Shown: positions 53,109 through 64,000 of the stretch, in pieces
Position numbering within the stretch: position 1 is the stretch's first letter
How the letters are laid out: each line of letters begins with the position of its first letter
NCBI GenBank assembly: GCA_964016885.1
Contig: OZ024740.1
Span: forward strand, 130,076,001-130,140,000
Direction of reading: 5' to 3'
DNA from: Eledone cirrhosa
Lineage: Eukaryota
DNA: 64,000 nt
Notes under the pieces: model-generated
The model's database searches: none
What the model was told of the DNA's origin: nothing
Seen by the model: the letters and a program-made list of their open reading frames with translations, nothing else
Translations under genes and position numbers: made by a program

Positions 53109-56100
53109 ATGACCTCACTCAGAAAAGGCAGCATAAATGCGCGAGGCTTGGGGTCGTCATGGAAGCAGGGCCACCTGCTCAACGACCTCAGGTCACTAAA
53201 CATAGATGTAGTGGCCATCAGCGAGACCAGAATCTCCGAAGCACAGGCTTTCGCACAGATCTTCGGCGGCTACGATGTGTACGCATCTCCCAGCCGTCCG
53301 GCATAGGGAGGAGGAGTTGCTGTGCTTTTTCGGAGAGGTTTGGATCTTGCCATACGGGCCATCTTCCTGGACCCAGAAGGTAAGTTGGTGGTGCTGGACG
53401 TGACCAGCGGAGACGGGCAAGCTTTCAGGTTAGTGGCCGTCTATGCTCCGACAGGAGCAGGGCGGCCTGATTTCTTCCGGCGTCTGGAGACCTTTCTTGG
53501 AACGTCCCGCTCTTTAGTGTTAGTGGGCGACTGGAACGGGATCTTAGATGCACGCTGGGATTGTGTGGGATTAGTGGATAGGGAAGGAGGGTGCAAGAGT
53601 CTCACCAACCTGCTCAGACGTTTTGAATTGTCTGACAGGTACCGAATGGATTTCCCGAATGTACAAATGTGGACTTGGACAAATCGCATAGGGTCATCCA
53701 GATCATATCTAGATAGAGTATTTTGTAGGGAAATAGATAGGTCTAGCATAGGATGTCCACAATTCAAGATAGTCAGCTACACGGACCACAAATTCGTCAT
53801 CTGTGTGCTTGACTTAGATAGGCTTCATAGACGAGTACCCGGCTACTGGAAGCTAAACGCGTCCTTACCCGCGCGCAAGGCCTACAGAGACCGGATTAGC
53901 GAACTAGTTAAGCGGGCGTTGACGGGGGCCATCGTCAACAACAAGTGGTGGTTTGCTCTGAAAAGAGCAATTAGAATAGAGTCCGTTAGGTTTAGTAAGA
54001 CTTTAGCAATAGAGAAAAATAGAGCAGAGGGAGAACTAGTTAGAAAATTAGATGAGGCGCTTAGCAAAGGCATCGCGACCGACGTACTTGCGGCGAAATT
54101 GGCCCTTGACCAATTCGTCGATGCAAAGCACGAAGGCTGCGTTGTCAGAGCTAGGGTGCGTGCTCTCAGACACGAGGGGACGAAAGCCGTTCAATGGGCC
54201 CGAGTGGCGGAGGCGCGTCGTGGCAACAAAGCCACGATCCGGTCTTTGGTGGACCACGACGGGCGCATGCTACTCGATCCCGGGCAAATGTGTGAAGCTT
54301 TTCAGCGACACTTCGCTCAACTGTTCGGGGGCAGTGGCGGGCCGGATCGAGGGATGGACTTTAGTGTCTACCTCGACGGACTGCCGCGGCTTTCGGCCAC
54401 TGAGGCGGAGTGTTGCGAAAAGCCGATAACAACCGCTGAAGTACGGGATGCAATGACTAGTTGCACAAGGGGTAAATCGCCTGGTTTGGATGGTCTGCCC
54501 TATGAACTTTACGTACAAATGCCAAACTTGTTCGGAGGCCTCTTGGCGGACGTCTACTGCAACTGGCAACAGAACGGGAGAATTCCCAGCTCTGTGAGCC
54601 GAGGAGCGGTGGCGCTGCTGAGAAAGGATCCGAACAAGGGGGATAACATAGATAATTTTAGGCCCATAACTCTGCTAAACACAGAGTTCAAGATTTTGGC
54701 CAAGGTGCTAGCAAAGAGGTTGGCGCTTGTCGTTGTTGGTCTGGTGGGAGAGGCACAGACATGCGCCATTCCCGACAGATCCATCCACAACAACCTCCAC
54801 CTCATGCGATACATCGTAGAGAGTGTAGCTAAGGAACCTGGCACGGGTGGGTCTTTGATCAATTTAGATCAGTCGAAAGCCTTCGATAGGGTCGACCATC
54901 GTTACTAGCGGCAGTCCTGAGAGCGGCTGGCTTTGGGCCTGTCTTCAGAGGCTGGATCGCTGCCATGCACAGCGACATCTGCTCTGTAGTGAGAGTGAAC
55001 GGTCACCTTTCGGAACCGTTCAACATCATGCGCTCGGTCCGCCAAGGATGTCCCCTCTCGTCCCTATTGTACGTATTGACTCTCGAGCCATTACTGCACA
55101 AACTGGAGAAATTGAGGGGGGTCCCGCACGAACTAGGATGCGGAAGATCCGTGTCAGCATATGCCGACGATGTCACCGTAGTGGTGTCGAACGCCAAACA
55201 CATCGAGGCGATCGGCACTACATTAAGAGAATACGAAGCCGTGACAGGAGCAATGATCAACCAGGAAAAGTCAGTGGGCCTGCAGCTCGGCACATGGAGA
55301 GGCAGGTCCATGCCGTCCAACAGCGTCGTCGGGCGCTGGACGGACGGACCGGTTAAATTGCTAGGGGTCTGGTTCGGTCCAGACCTCCAGACGGACAAAA
55401 ACTGGGACGAGGTGACGAGCAGGGTGGCTTCTCTCACCCAGAAATGGGCCGAGAGGAAGCTATCCCTGAAAGGTCGAGCGGAGGTGGCGAATGCGTACAT
55501 CGCATCCGTCATCTACTACCGCCTGACCGTCGTACCTTGTCCTAAGCCCCGCCTGACTGCGCTGGAGCGTTTACTCTTTCGCTTCTTGTGGAAGGTACGC
55601 GCTCCGATGGTCAGGCGGTCCTTCTGCTGTCAACATCCGCTACGTGGAGGGCTGGGCATGCCGTGGCTGATGATGCGCAGACACGCGCTCAGGCTACGAC
55701 ATCTCCACCTCTTCCTCGACGGTGATCAGGTGTGGTCGCCGTTTGCAAGACACGTTTTTCCCCAGCTCGTCTCCTTGACAGAGCTGCAGTCCTGGGTCAA
55801 GCGAAGACCGAGAGGGAGCGCTTGGAGACTGGAATGTCTTCAGGCGCTCACAGCCCTCGACCAATCGGGCAATGTGATCGGTGGAAACTCCACCTTGGCG
55901 TTCTATAGGGGATTAGTGGAGGGGAAGAGCGACGACGTACTTGGAGAAACTCTACGCGTCGACGAAAATCAACTAGCCAATCTCTTCGGAAGGACTTTCG
56001 GCCTATGGACAACTTCCAGAAATCCCTGGCCTGGCAGTGCTACCGAGGAGCTTTGCCAGTTCGGGATAAACTCTACAGGCATGGAGGTGCCGTCAGCCGG

Positions 56101-56520
56101 GCATGTCCGAGATGCGCGCAGGGCGACGAAACCGTCCTGCACGCACTCGTCCAGTGTCCGAGCATTGCTGACTTGTGGGTTTATGTCGAACACCTGCTGT
56201 CACGTGTAGGACGGATCCAGCTATCAGCTGAGTCCATCGTGAGGATTGCCCCGCCCCCTTCCTTTAGCCTGGAAGGGCAGGCAGTTTTTATCTGTCTGGT
56301 GGCCATGGCGAAAGAGATAGTATGGTGGACACGTTTGAAAGGGCTGAAGACGAGCACTTACCTCTTCGGTGATGCCCTGATGAACTTTTTCAAATTTCAT
56401 TTGAAAAGGAAAATCAGGGTAGAGAGGGAAGTGCTCTCTTCCCAGCATTTTGTTGAAAGATGGGTGAGAGAAGCAAGTATGGCCCGAATGAATGGGCATT
56501 CTCTGAGTATGTGTCTGTAA
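53109..56520 (+). pseudogene. Tx1 ORF2 (APE + RT + Zn motif) with few lesions
   Basis: Motifs SINARGL, ISET, VYAP, GDWN, SYLDRV, TDH, YWKLN, KSPGLDG, FRPITLLN, DQSKAFDRV, VRQGCPLS, YADD, GGLG and CPRC...H...C. One stop near 53304 and frameshifts near 54905 and 56000. Confidence 0.95.
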
Positions 56521-56761
56521 ATTAAAGGTGGAAAACTGGGAGAGGGTACTTGCCCTGGTGGCCAGGGCCACTGTGGTCTTTTAATGGGCTTTCTCCACAA
56601 ATGTCCCTTGGAAGTCTCCCCCCTTTTGGGGAATTTTTCTTTGTTATTTTATTTCAACCTCTGGTTTTTACACGCAGAAATGCCCATTTGTACCGTCCTG
56701 TATTGTCCTGTACTGTCCTTAATGTCAACTTTATGTGAACCCTTGTGGTTAATAAAGAAAA

Positions 56762-56762
<1 letters not shown>

Positions 56763-56813
<51 letters not shown>
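56763..56813. repeat. (ATT)n tract between tandem Tx1 copies
   Basis: Seen directly. Confidence 0.97.
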
Positions 56814-59800
56814 TGAATGCCATGGTGACGGAGGCTCGGCTCTGTAAGTTATAGTAATTTTTTACCGTTATAACAATTGTAAATTGTTTAGAACTTCAAC
56901 CAAATTGTAGACAAAAACACCCTCCTCCTCGTGAGATGAGTCTTTATGTCTGTTATTTGGTCTTCCGTGTTAAATAATCAGTTATTGGGCATTTGTGCCC
57001 AATATTCATTTTAAACCGTAAGAAAACATGGCTACAAAAAATAATGTTCACAAGTCACTCCCACTCTTTCCGTCTTATGCTTCCGCAATCGTCATTACGT
57101 CAGAGAAAATATTGTCTCTCTCCCTCCCTTCTCTAAATGTGGTGTCGCCTCTGTCGCCTCTTTCGCAATCGACGCAATTAAATAAAAATAAAAATGTAGT
57201 TTCTCGTAGCGTTCTTCATCAAGAGAAGGCGCGTACTGTAGAACATTTCTCCACAACGACGAAAGATGTGTGCGGTAAATACGGAAAGCTATTTCGTTCG
57301 TCTGACGTCATGAAGCAACGGCAACAACAAAAGTAACAACAACAGTAACAGCGGCGGTCGTAGTACCAGCAGCAACAACAAAAATAGCAGCAGCTCTTAC
57401 GACCACAACAGCAAGAAAGATAAACCATTCTATTTTGCAGGTATTGCAAAGAACCTGAAAACCATCCTTATAACAAATGAGGAATTACAGGAAGCAAGGA
57501 AGATGGTGACGAAAACAGGACACCGAGCAAAACGCAAGGTAGCCGAAGAATTTTTCGGAACCCAACAGCACTGTACGGTCACGTACCGTACAGTAAGCAT
57601 AAAGTTACGTAGGATTGAAAGAGCCACAGAGGCTCAAATACAAAAAGCCTTAGGGTCTGTGTGGCAGCAGAAAACGCATATCACACGAGGCAAGAAATAT
57701 GCCACCGTGGACGTGCTTGTTGTCACACCCAGGAGGAAAAGTTTCAATCCTTAGTAATCCTAAGGAGCGAGGAAATGGTATTGGTGTCCTCCTACTTCGG
57801 GCAAAAAATTGTGAGGGTCCAACTGACCGTGATGGACCTTTCTTGTCTGGCGGCGTCTGTCCTCGTCGGAATCGAGGACAAAACAACCGTACTGCAAATA
57901 CAGGAAAAAGAACGAGAAGATTGTGTCGGCGCCTCCATTGAGATGTTAATTTAAACCAACCAGGAGTGCATCGAAGCTATCCCGGATGTGATAGACAGCT
58001 TTAACGGCACTCAACTTCACATAAGTGTTGAGGGCAAACGCCAGAATGCTTTCGCTGTGGATCTATGACTCATCTCAGGGCTTTCTGCAATAAGAAGACC
58101 CTGAGAATGGAGAAAACCCCCTCCTACCTAAAACGGCTCCACTGCTACCAGTAACAGGACAATGGGGATGTTGTCGATAATTTCAGGCACATAACCCAGC
58201 TAAACGCAGAGTTCAAGATTTTGGCCAAGGTGTTAGCAACGAGGTTGGGGCTTGTTGTCGGGGGTCTGGTGGGAGGGACGCAGACATGCGCCATTCCGGA
58301 CAGATACATACACGACAAGCTCCACTTCATGCGATACATCGTATAGAGGGTGGTTAAGGAACCTGGCACGGGTGGGGCCCTGATCAACTTGGATCAACCC
58401 AAAGCATTCGATAGGGTCGATCATCGTTACCTGGCAGCGGTCCTGAGAGGCAGCCGGTTTCGGGCCCGTTTTCAGCGGTTGGGTTACTGCGATGTACAGC
58501 AACATCTGCTCAGTTATGAGGGTGAACGGTCACCTGTCGCAGCCGTTCAGCATCATGCGCTCGTTCCGCCAGGGTTGTCGCCTCCCGTCACTCTTGTACG
58601 TATAGGCTCTCGAGCCGTTACTGCACAAACTGGGGGCTATGAGAGGCGTCCCACGCGCACTAGGATGCGGGAAATCTGAGTCGGCTTACGCCGAAGACAT
58701 CACCGTGTTGCTATTGAACACCAGACAACTCCAGATGCTCAGCACGGCTTTCAAGGAATATGAATCGGTTACAGGATCAAAGATAGACCAGTAAAACTCG
58801 GTGGGCTTTCAGCTCGCCACCTGGAGAGGCAAGTCCATGCTGTCTGACTGCGTCGTAGGGCGTTGGACGGACTGACCGATTAAATTGCTAGGGGGTCTTT
58901 TTCGGACCGGACATCCAGATGGAGAAAAACTGAACGAGCTTACGAGCAAAGTGGCCTCCCTCACCCAGAAAAGGGCCTAGAGGAAGCTGTCCCTGAAAGG
59001 CCGGGCGGAGTTGGCGAATGCGTACATCGCATACGTCATCTGTTACCGCCTCACCGTCGTCACTTCCCCCAACACAACTCTCACGAAAATGGAGCGTCTC
59101 CCTTTCCACTTGTTGTGGAAGGGACGCGCTCCCATTTTCGGAATTCCATCTGTTGTCAACACCGGTTACGTGGAGGACTGGGCATGCCATGGCTGATGAT
59201 GCGCAGACATGTGCTGAGGCTCCACATTTGTGGTGCTTCCTTGACGGTGAAGAGGAGTGGTCGCCACGCACCTTTTCCCACAGCTTGTCTCCTTGACGGA
59301 GCTGCAGTCATGGGTCAGGAACAGACCTAGGGATAGCGCTTGGAAACTGGAATGTCTCAGGCACTCCCTACCCTCTGCCAGTTGGGCACAGTATCGGTGG
59401 AACATTCACCTCGGCTTCAATTGAGGACCACTGGAGTGGAAGAGCGACGACGTTCTCGGAGAGATCCTGGGCGTCGAAGAAGATCAGCTGTTTGCTCTCT
59501 TCCGGAGAACTTTCAGCCCAGGGCCGATGGATAACTTCCAAAAATCCCTGGCCTTGAAGTGCTACCGGGGAGCGTTGCCGGTTCGGGATAAGCTCTACAG
59601 GCACAGGACTGCTGTCAGCCGAGCCTGTCCGAGATGCGCGCAGATCTACGAAACCGTCACGCACACATTCGTTCAGTGCCCGAGCATTGCTGACATGTGG
59701 AGCTATGTCGAACAGTTGCTTTCGAGTTTAGCACTGATCCGGTTATCGACTGAGTCCATTGTGCAGATGGTCTCGCCGTCTTCCTTCGATGAAGAAGGAC

Positions 59801-60090
59801 AGGCAGTTTTCATCTGCCTGGTGGCCATGGCGAAAGAGATTGTGTGGTGGACAATGTTGAAAGTGTTAAAGACAGATCCTTTCCTCTTCGGCGAATCCCT
59901 AACTAACTTTTTCACGTTTCACTTGAAGAGGAAATAACAGGGTGGAGACGCAAGTGCTGCCTTCTAGCAAGTTCAGTGAAAGGTGGATAAATGTAGCGAG
60001 AATCGTCCGAGTGAACGGCACCGCTCTGAATATACGCCTGTAGTATGAGAAATGGAAAAATTGAGAGAGTGCTCTTGCCCTGGTGGTCAG
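56814..60090 (+). mobile_element. Tx1 copy C, decayed, with the endonuclease region deleted
   Basis: ORF1 remnants at 57028-58145 join directly to RT near 58160. The C-terminal CPRC...H...C is in 59527..59937. Confidence 0.88.
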
Positions 60091-60775
60091 GACGTGCTGG
60101 CGAACGATAACCACACCTGTTCACCGTCAAGGAAGCACTAGGTATGCCGCTGCCTCGAGGACCGCCGCCAGGAACCGATGGTCCACCCTATCGAATGCTT
60201 TGGATTGATCGTAGTTGATCAGAGCCCCACCCGTGCCAGGTTCCTTAACCACCATCTCTGCGATTCATCGCATGAGATGGAGTTTATTGTGTATGGATCT
60301 CTCCGGAATGGAGCGTGTCTGCGTCTCTCCCACCAGACCCTTGACAACCAGCGCCAAACCACGTTGGTAACACCTTGGCCAAAATCTTGAACTCTGCGTT
60401 TAGCAGGGTAATGAGTTCTAACGTTATCGATAACATCCCCCTGGTCCGGGTATTTTCACAGCAGCGCCACCGCTCTCCGGCTCACAAACTGGTAATTCTC
60501 CCGTTCTGCTGCCAGTTGCAGTAGATGACTACCAAGAGGTCACCAAACATGTCTGGCATAAATGCATAGAGATCGTAAGGCAGACCATCCAAACCTGGCG
60601 ATTTACCTCTCGTGCAGTTAGCCATTGCTTCCCGTGTTTCACCGGCTGTTATTGGCTTTTCGCAACACTGTGCTGCGGTCGTCGAGAGCCGAGGCACTCC
60701 GTCGAGTTATGCACTGTCGATATCCCGATGCAGGCCACCGCTGCTCCCGAAACAGTTCATCAAAATGCTGCACTA
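60091..60775 (-). mobile_element. Inverted Tx1 ORF2 fragments
   Basis: ORF 60482..60697 (CCEKPIT...GKSPGLDGLPY) and the KAFDRV region are on the minus strand. Confidence 0.88.
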
Positions 60776-61129
60776 ATGCTTCACACACTGCTCGGGTTCA
60801 CACACAGACTGAATAAAAATGGCGTAGACATACAACACAACAGGAGGAAAATATAACACCACCGACGATGTTGCAGATGTGCAACGAAAGATTTATGATA
60901 AACTATATATATGTGTTTGTGTCTATATTGTATCTGTATTATTTTTGACCGTCGGTCAGTCAATGGCAACATTGAGGACCGAGTAAGTTAGAATACCGAT
61001 ATAAAAGACAGCGAGAAGCGAAAACCAACCAAACAGTGAGTGTGTTCTGTTATTAATTCTGGCAATATTACACAAATATGACCCTCCCCAAGTATAACAA
61101 TATATATATATACATATATATATAATGCA

Positions 61130-61900
61130 AAATTGAACGGGAACAAAACAGAGAGGCAGTACAACAAATGTTTATTAATTTCACGCTCTTGAGAGTGGGG
61201 TGGTGGTGGGGGAACGACGTTTCGGGCATAAGCCCTTCTTCAGGTGAAAAGTGTGTGGGAAGAGAGTTCAAGGGATGTGTAGGGGAGTGGTGGAGATACA
61301 TATAGCAAAAAGGGGGTGAGAGGAAACGGTGCAAATGAAATTAAAAATAAAGGCATGATCAAAATAACTTTAAAATGGGGTAAAACAGGTGGTGGAAGGG
61401 TGTGGGGCGTGTAGGGGCGGTGGCGGGTGGAGTGGGGAGAGGGAGACGGGGTGTCCGAGCGGGGAGGGCTGAAGATGGTGTGTGTGTGTAGGTGTACGTG
61501 TGTGTGTGTGTGTGTATGTGAAAGCAAGGGTTGGGGGAAGAACGCGGTTGCATGTTCAGGAAGAGGTGTGTGTGGGTTGGGGTGTAGGTCGGAATATGTG
61601 TGCGTGTGTGGATAGAGGGGGGGAGGAATCCGGAGTCTGAATGTGTAAATATGTGGTGGTACGCACGTGTGTGTGTGGTGTTTAAGCGTGTTGTGGGTGT
61701 AGGTGGCATGTGGAAATAAACATTATTTGTGTGTGTGTGTGTGGGTGAGTCATAAAGGTGATTCCGTAAGAAGATGTGGTGGGATGCTTGGTAAAATCTT
61801 TGGATGTGGTTGATTCCGGGATCAAGGTTCACATACGTATAATCCGTGAAGAGATGGGTCGGAAGAGTGTTGTTGTGGGGTGCGCATGCAACAGGAAGTG
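61130..61900 (-). mobile_element. PLE 3' remnant
   Basis: LDPGIN-like GIY-YIG C-terminus near 61820, a CA-rich UTR, an HHR, then (TA)n. Confidence 0.55.
61213..61246 (-). ncRNA. Minimal PLE-type hammerhead
   Basis: CTGAAGA, A, GGGC ttat GCCC, GAAA, CG, TC. Stem I is weak. Confidence 0.7.
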
Positions 61901-63469
61901 GTCAAGGCAGGAGGAGTGTGGTGTGTCTGTGGTCAGAGGGCATAGCAGCAGTAGGGTAAAATGGTGAGTTGTGTGTCTGTGTGTGCGGGGAGGTGGTCAG
62001 AGGGTATAGCAGCAGTAGGGTAGAATGGTAAGGGGGAGTGGATGGGTAGGTGTGAAAGTTGGAGTGAGGAGGGTGTGTGTGTGTATTAGTAGAGGTGTTA
62101 GTGGGATGAGTGAGTGTTTGAGAAACGGTGTGGGTGGAGCGGGGAGAGAAGGGTGTGGGGGTCGATGGAGGGAGTGTGGTGTACTGGTGTGTGTGTTTGG
62201 TGAAGAGGGTGTTAGTGGGTGTTAGTATACAGCAGGTGGAGAAAGGGTTGAATGCGGGTGTGAGTGGTGGTCAGTGGTGGTAGGGTGTGTAGAGTGGGTG
62301 GTGTAAGAAGGTGTGTGTGTACGTGTGCGTAGGGTTGGGGGGTGTTAGTGATGCTAGTTGCGTGTAGGGTGGCTGGTGTAAGTGGGTGTGTGTGTTAGTG
62401 TGCTTGGGGTCAGGGGATGTTAGTGATGTTAGTTGCGGGATGGTGGGGTATATATGTGTGTGTGTGTGTGTGTGTGTTAACCTTTTAAATCGAAATCATA
62501 ACTACTAATGTAATGAAATACGTGTTGCTAAACTGGACCACGTCAGCCACCAAAAACATGTGTAATGCTTTGTTTATGGTAAAATGCAGTATGTTAACAA
62601 CGACGTAGAAGACATTCAAAGAAAGAAAAGAGATATTGACTGCAATTAAAATGTTTTCTACATGAAAAGCTGTAAAGAATGTTTGAGACAAGAAGTGAGA
62701 TGATGTCTTGTACATAAATACCACTTTTAAGGCCATTATGAATGCTGGTGGAGTGAAACATGTAGTCGATGTAAAGTGCGTTACCTAACCTGAAAGAAAG
62801 AACAGGAGAATCAGTGAATGGTTTACAATTCCTAGATTTACTATTCTTAAACGCTCACGAATTAGCATTTTTCTAAATTACATTAACTATAAAAGAGGAA
62901 ATATTTAAAGGGGGATTTGAAGTCATTGAGCAAATGCAGTTAGTGGAAATTTCTATGGGCGTTCCAGAAAACTAATTCTGTTAGGTGAAGAATATAAAAT
63001 ACTTTGGATGAGTGGATAACGATTATATTCTCTACTTAAAGAAATAAGTAGGAGATGAATTATAGGCATTATTATTGATTTGATTAAAACATTCCATGAA
63101 GCGCACTGTGGTACCGGTTTTTCAATTTGCGTATGAAACATACTCCAATGTCCTATTGTTGTTTGGAATATAATGGCGGTGGGTGTGCGGGACGTGTGGA
63201 GTGATTGTTTAAATTACTTCAGGAAGATTTTCATGACAGATTAGATTCGATGTTCAAAACCTGCTAGCGTGGATTTCGTAAATTATCCATCGAATGATTA
63301 AACCCCTAGTCTGTGAATTTTCAAACTTGTCAGCTGTTCGCTTGCTCTAGTATACAGACAGACACACACGCACACACGAACCCACACCCCCACACACACA
63401 CTTACACACATATATATATATAGAGAGAGAATTAGAATTTAGCTTCAAACATAGCTGTATACAAACATG

Positions 63470-63551
63470 TATTTGAATTTCGTATTTCAAAAGCTATACG
63501 GTATGTTTATAAATATATAAACATACCGTATTTCTTTAGATATACGTAATT

Positions 63552-63557
<6 letters not shown>
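63470..63557. repeat. Imperfect palindrome centred on a TA-rich spacer
   Basis: atacggtatgtttata pairs with tataaacataccgtat, with further imperfect pairing outward. Confidence 0.85.
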
Positions 63558-63587
<30 letters not shown>

Positions 63588-63744
63588 GATTTAATGCTCT
63601 GAAATAGCGATATATATGTGAAGACAAACATAGAATATTCGAAAATATTCTGTATGTTTCTAATAAACATTTTGAAGACCCAATCGCTATAGAATAGAAT
63701 ACGTCACGTATTACAATTTGAGATTCTCGATAAAAGTAAGGGAA

Positions 63745-63787
63745 GTAATCTACGCGTTTCATTCTTGTTAGAAATCTTCAGGATTAC
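63745..63787 (-). ncRNA. Minimal Type I hammerhead with palindromic stem III
   Basis: GTAATC, CTGAAGA, tTTCT aaca AGAAt, GAAA, CGCG, TA, GATTAC. Confidence 0.88.
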
Positions 63788-63959
63788 ATATCCAATACAT
63801 TTATCGAGAACGACACAGCTAGAGACTTATAGAATACTTAGCTGTGTACAGGAACTGGTTTGATAGAGCGGTAGCCGGTCCGGCAGAAATTAGAATTTGG
63901 ATTTAATGCTCTGAAATAGCGATATATATGTGAAGACAAACATAGAATATGTAAGGGAA

Positions 63960-64000
63960 GTAATCTACGCGTTTCATTCTTGTTAGAAATCTTCAGGATT
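63960..64000 (-). ncRNA. Identical second hammerhead, at the window edge
   Basis: Same sequence as 63745-63785, inside a direct repeat of 63583-63785 that has an internal deletion. Confidence 0.85.

Larger units (their letters stand above)
50898..56762 (+). mobile_element. Tx1/L1-clade LINE, full-length and nearly intact (copy B)
   Basis: (ATT)n on both sides, ORF1 and ORF2 present, AATAAA just before the tail. Confidence 0.96.

Overview
AT-rich, microsatellite-dense animal genomic DNA with no confidently identifiable host gene. The recurrent tRNA-derived SINE resembles cephalopod (Octopus) SINEs, but the organism is an inference. The window is mostly retroelement debris. It holds three diverged Tx1/L1-clade LINEs (one nearly intact) and several R4/Dong-type restriction-endonuclease LINEs, and the intact ends of both abut (ATT)n/(TAA)n tracts. 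There are also at least six Penelope-like element (PLE) remnants, six SINE copies, one non-autonomous Helitron, two Tc1/mariner-type MITEs and an RTE 3' fragment. The most notable hidden layer is a set of 15 hammerhead-ribozyme (HHR) motifs found by eye, some intact and some decayed. These include a non-coding ~620-bp tandem duplication with a full Type I HHR in each unit (retrozyme-like, predicted 626-nt monomer) and a tandem pair of palindromic minimal HHRs 215 nt apart. Two diverged PLEs both carry YRYD instead of YxDD at the reverse transcriptase active site. All calls come from manual reading, and element boundaries are approximate.
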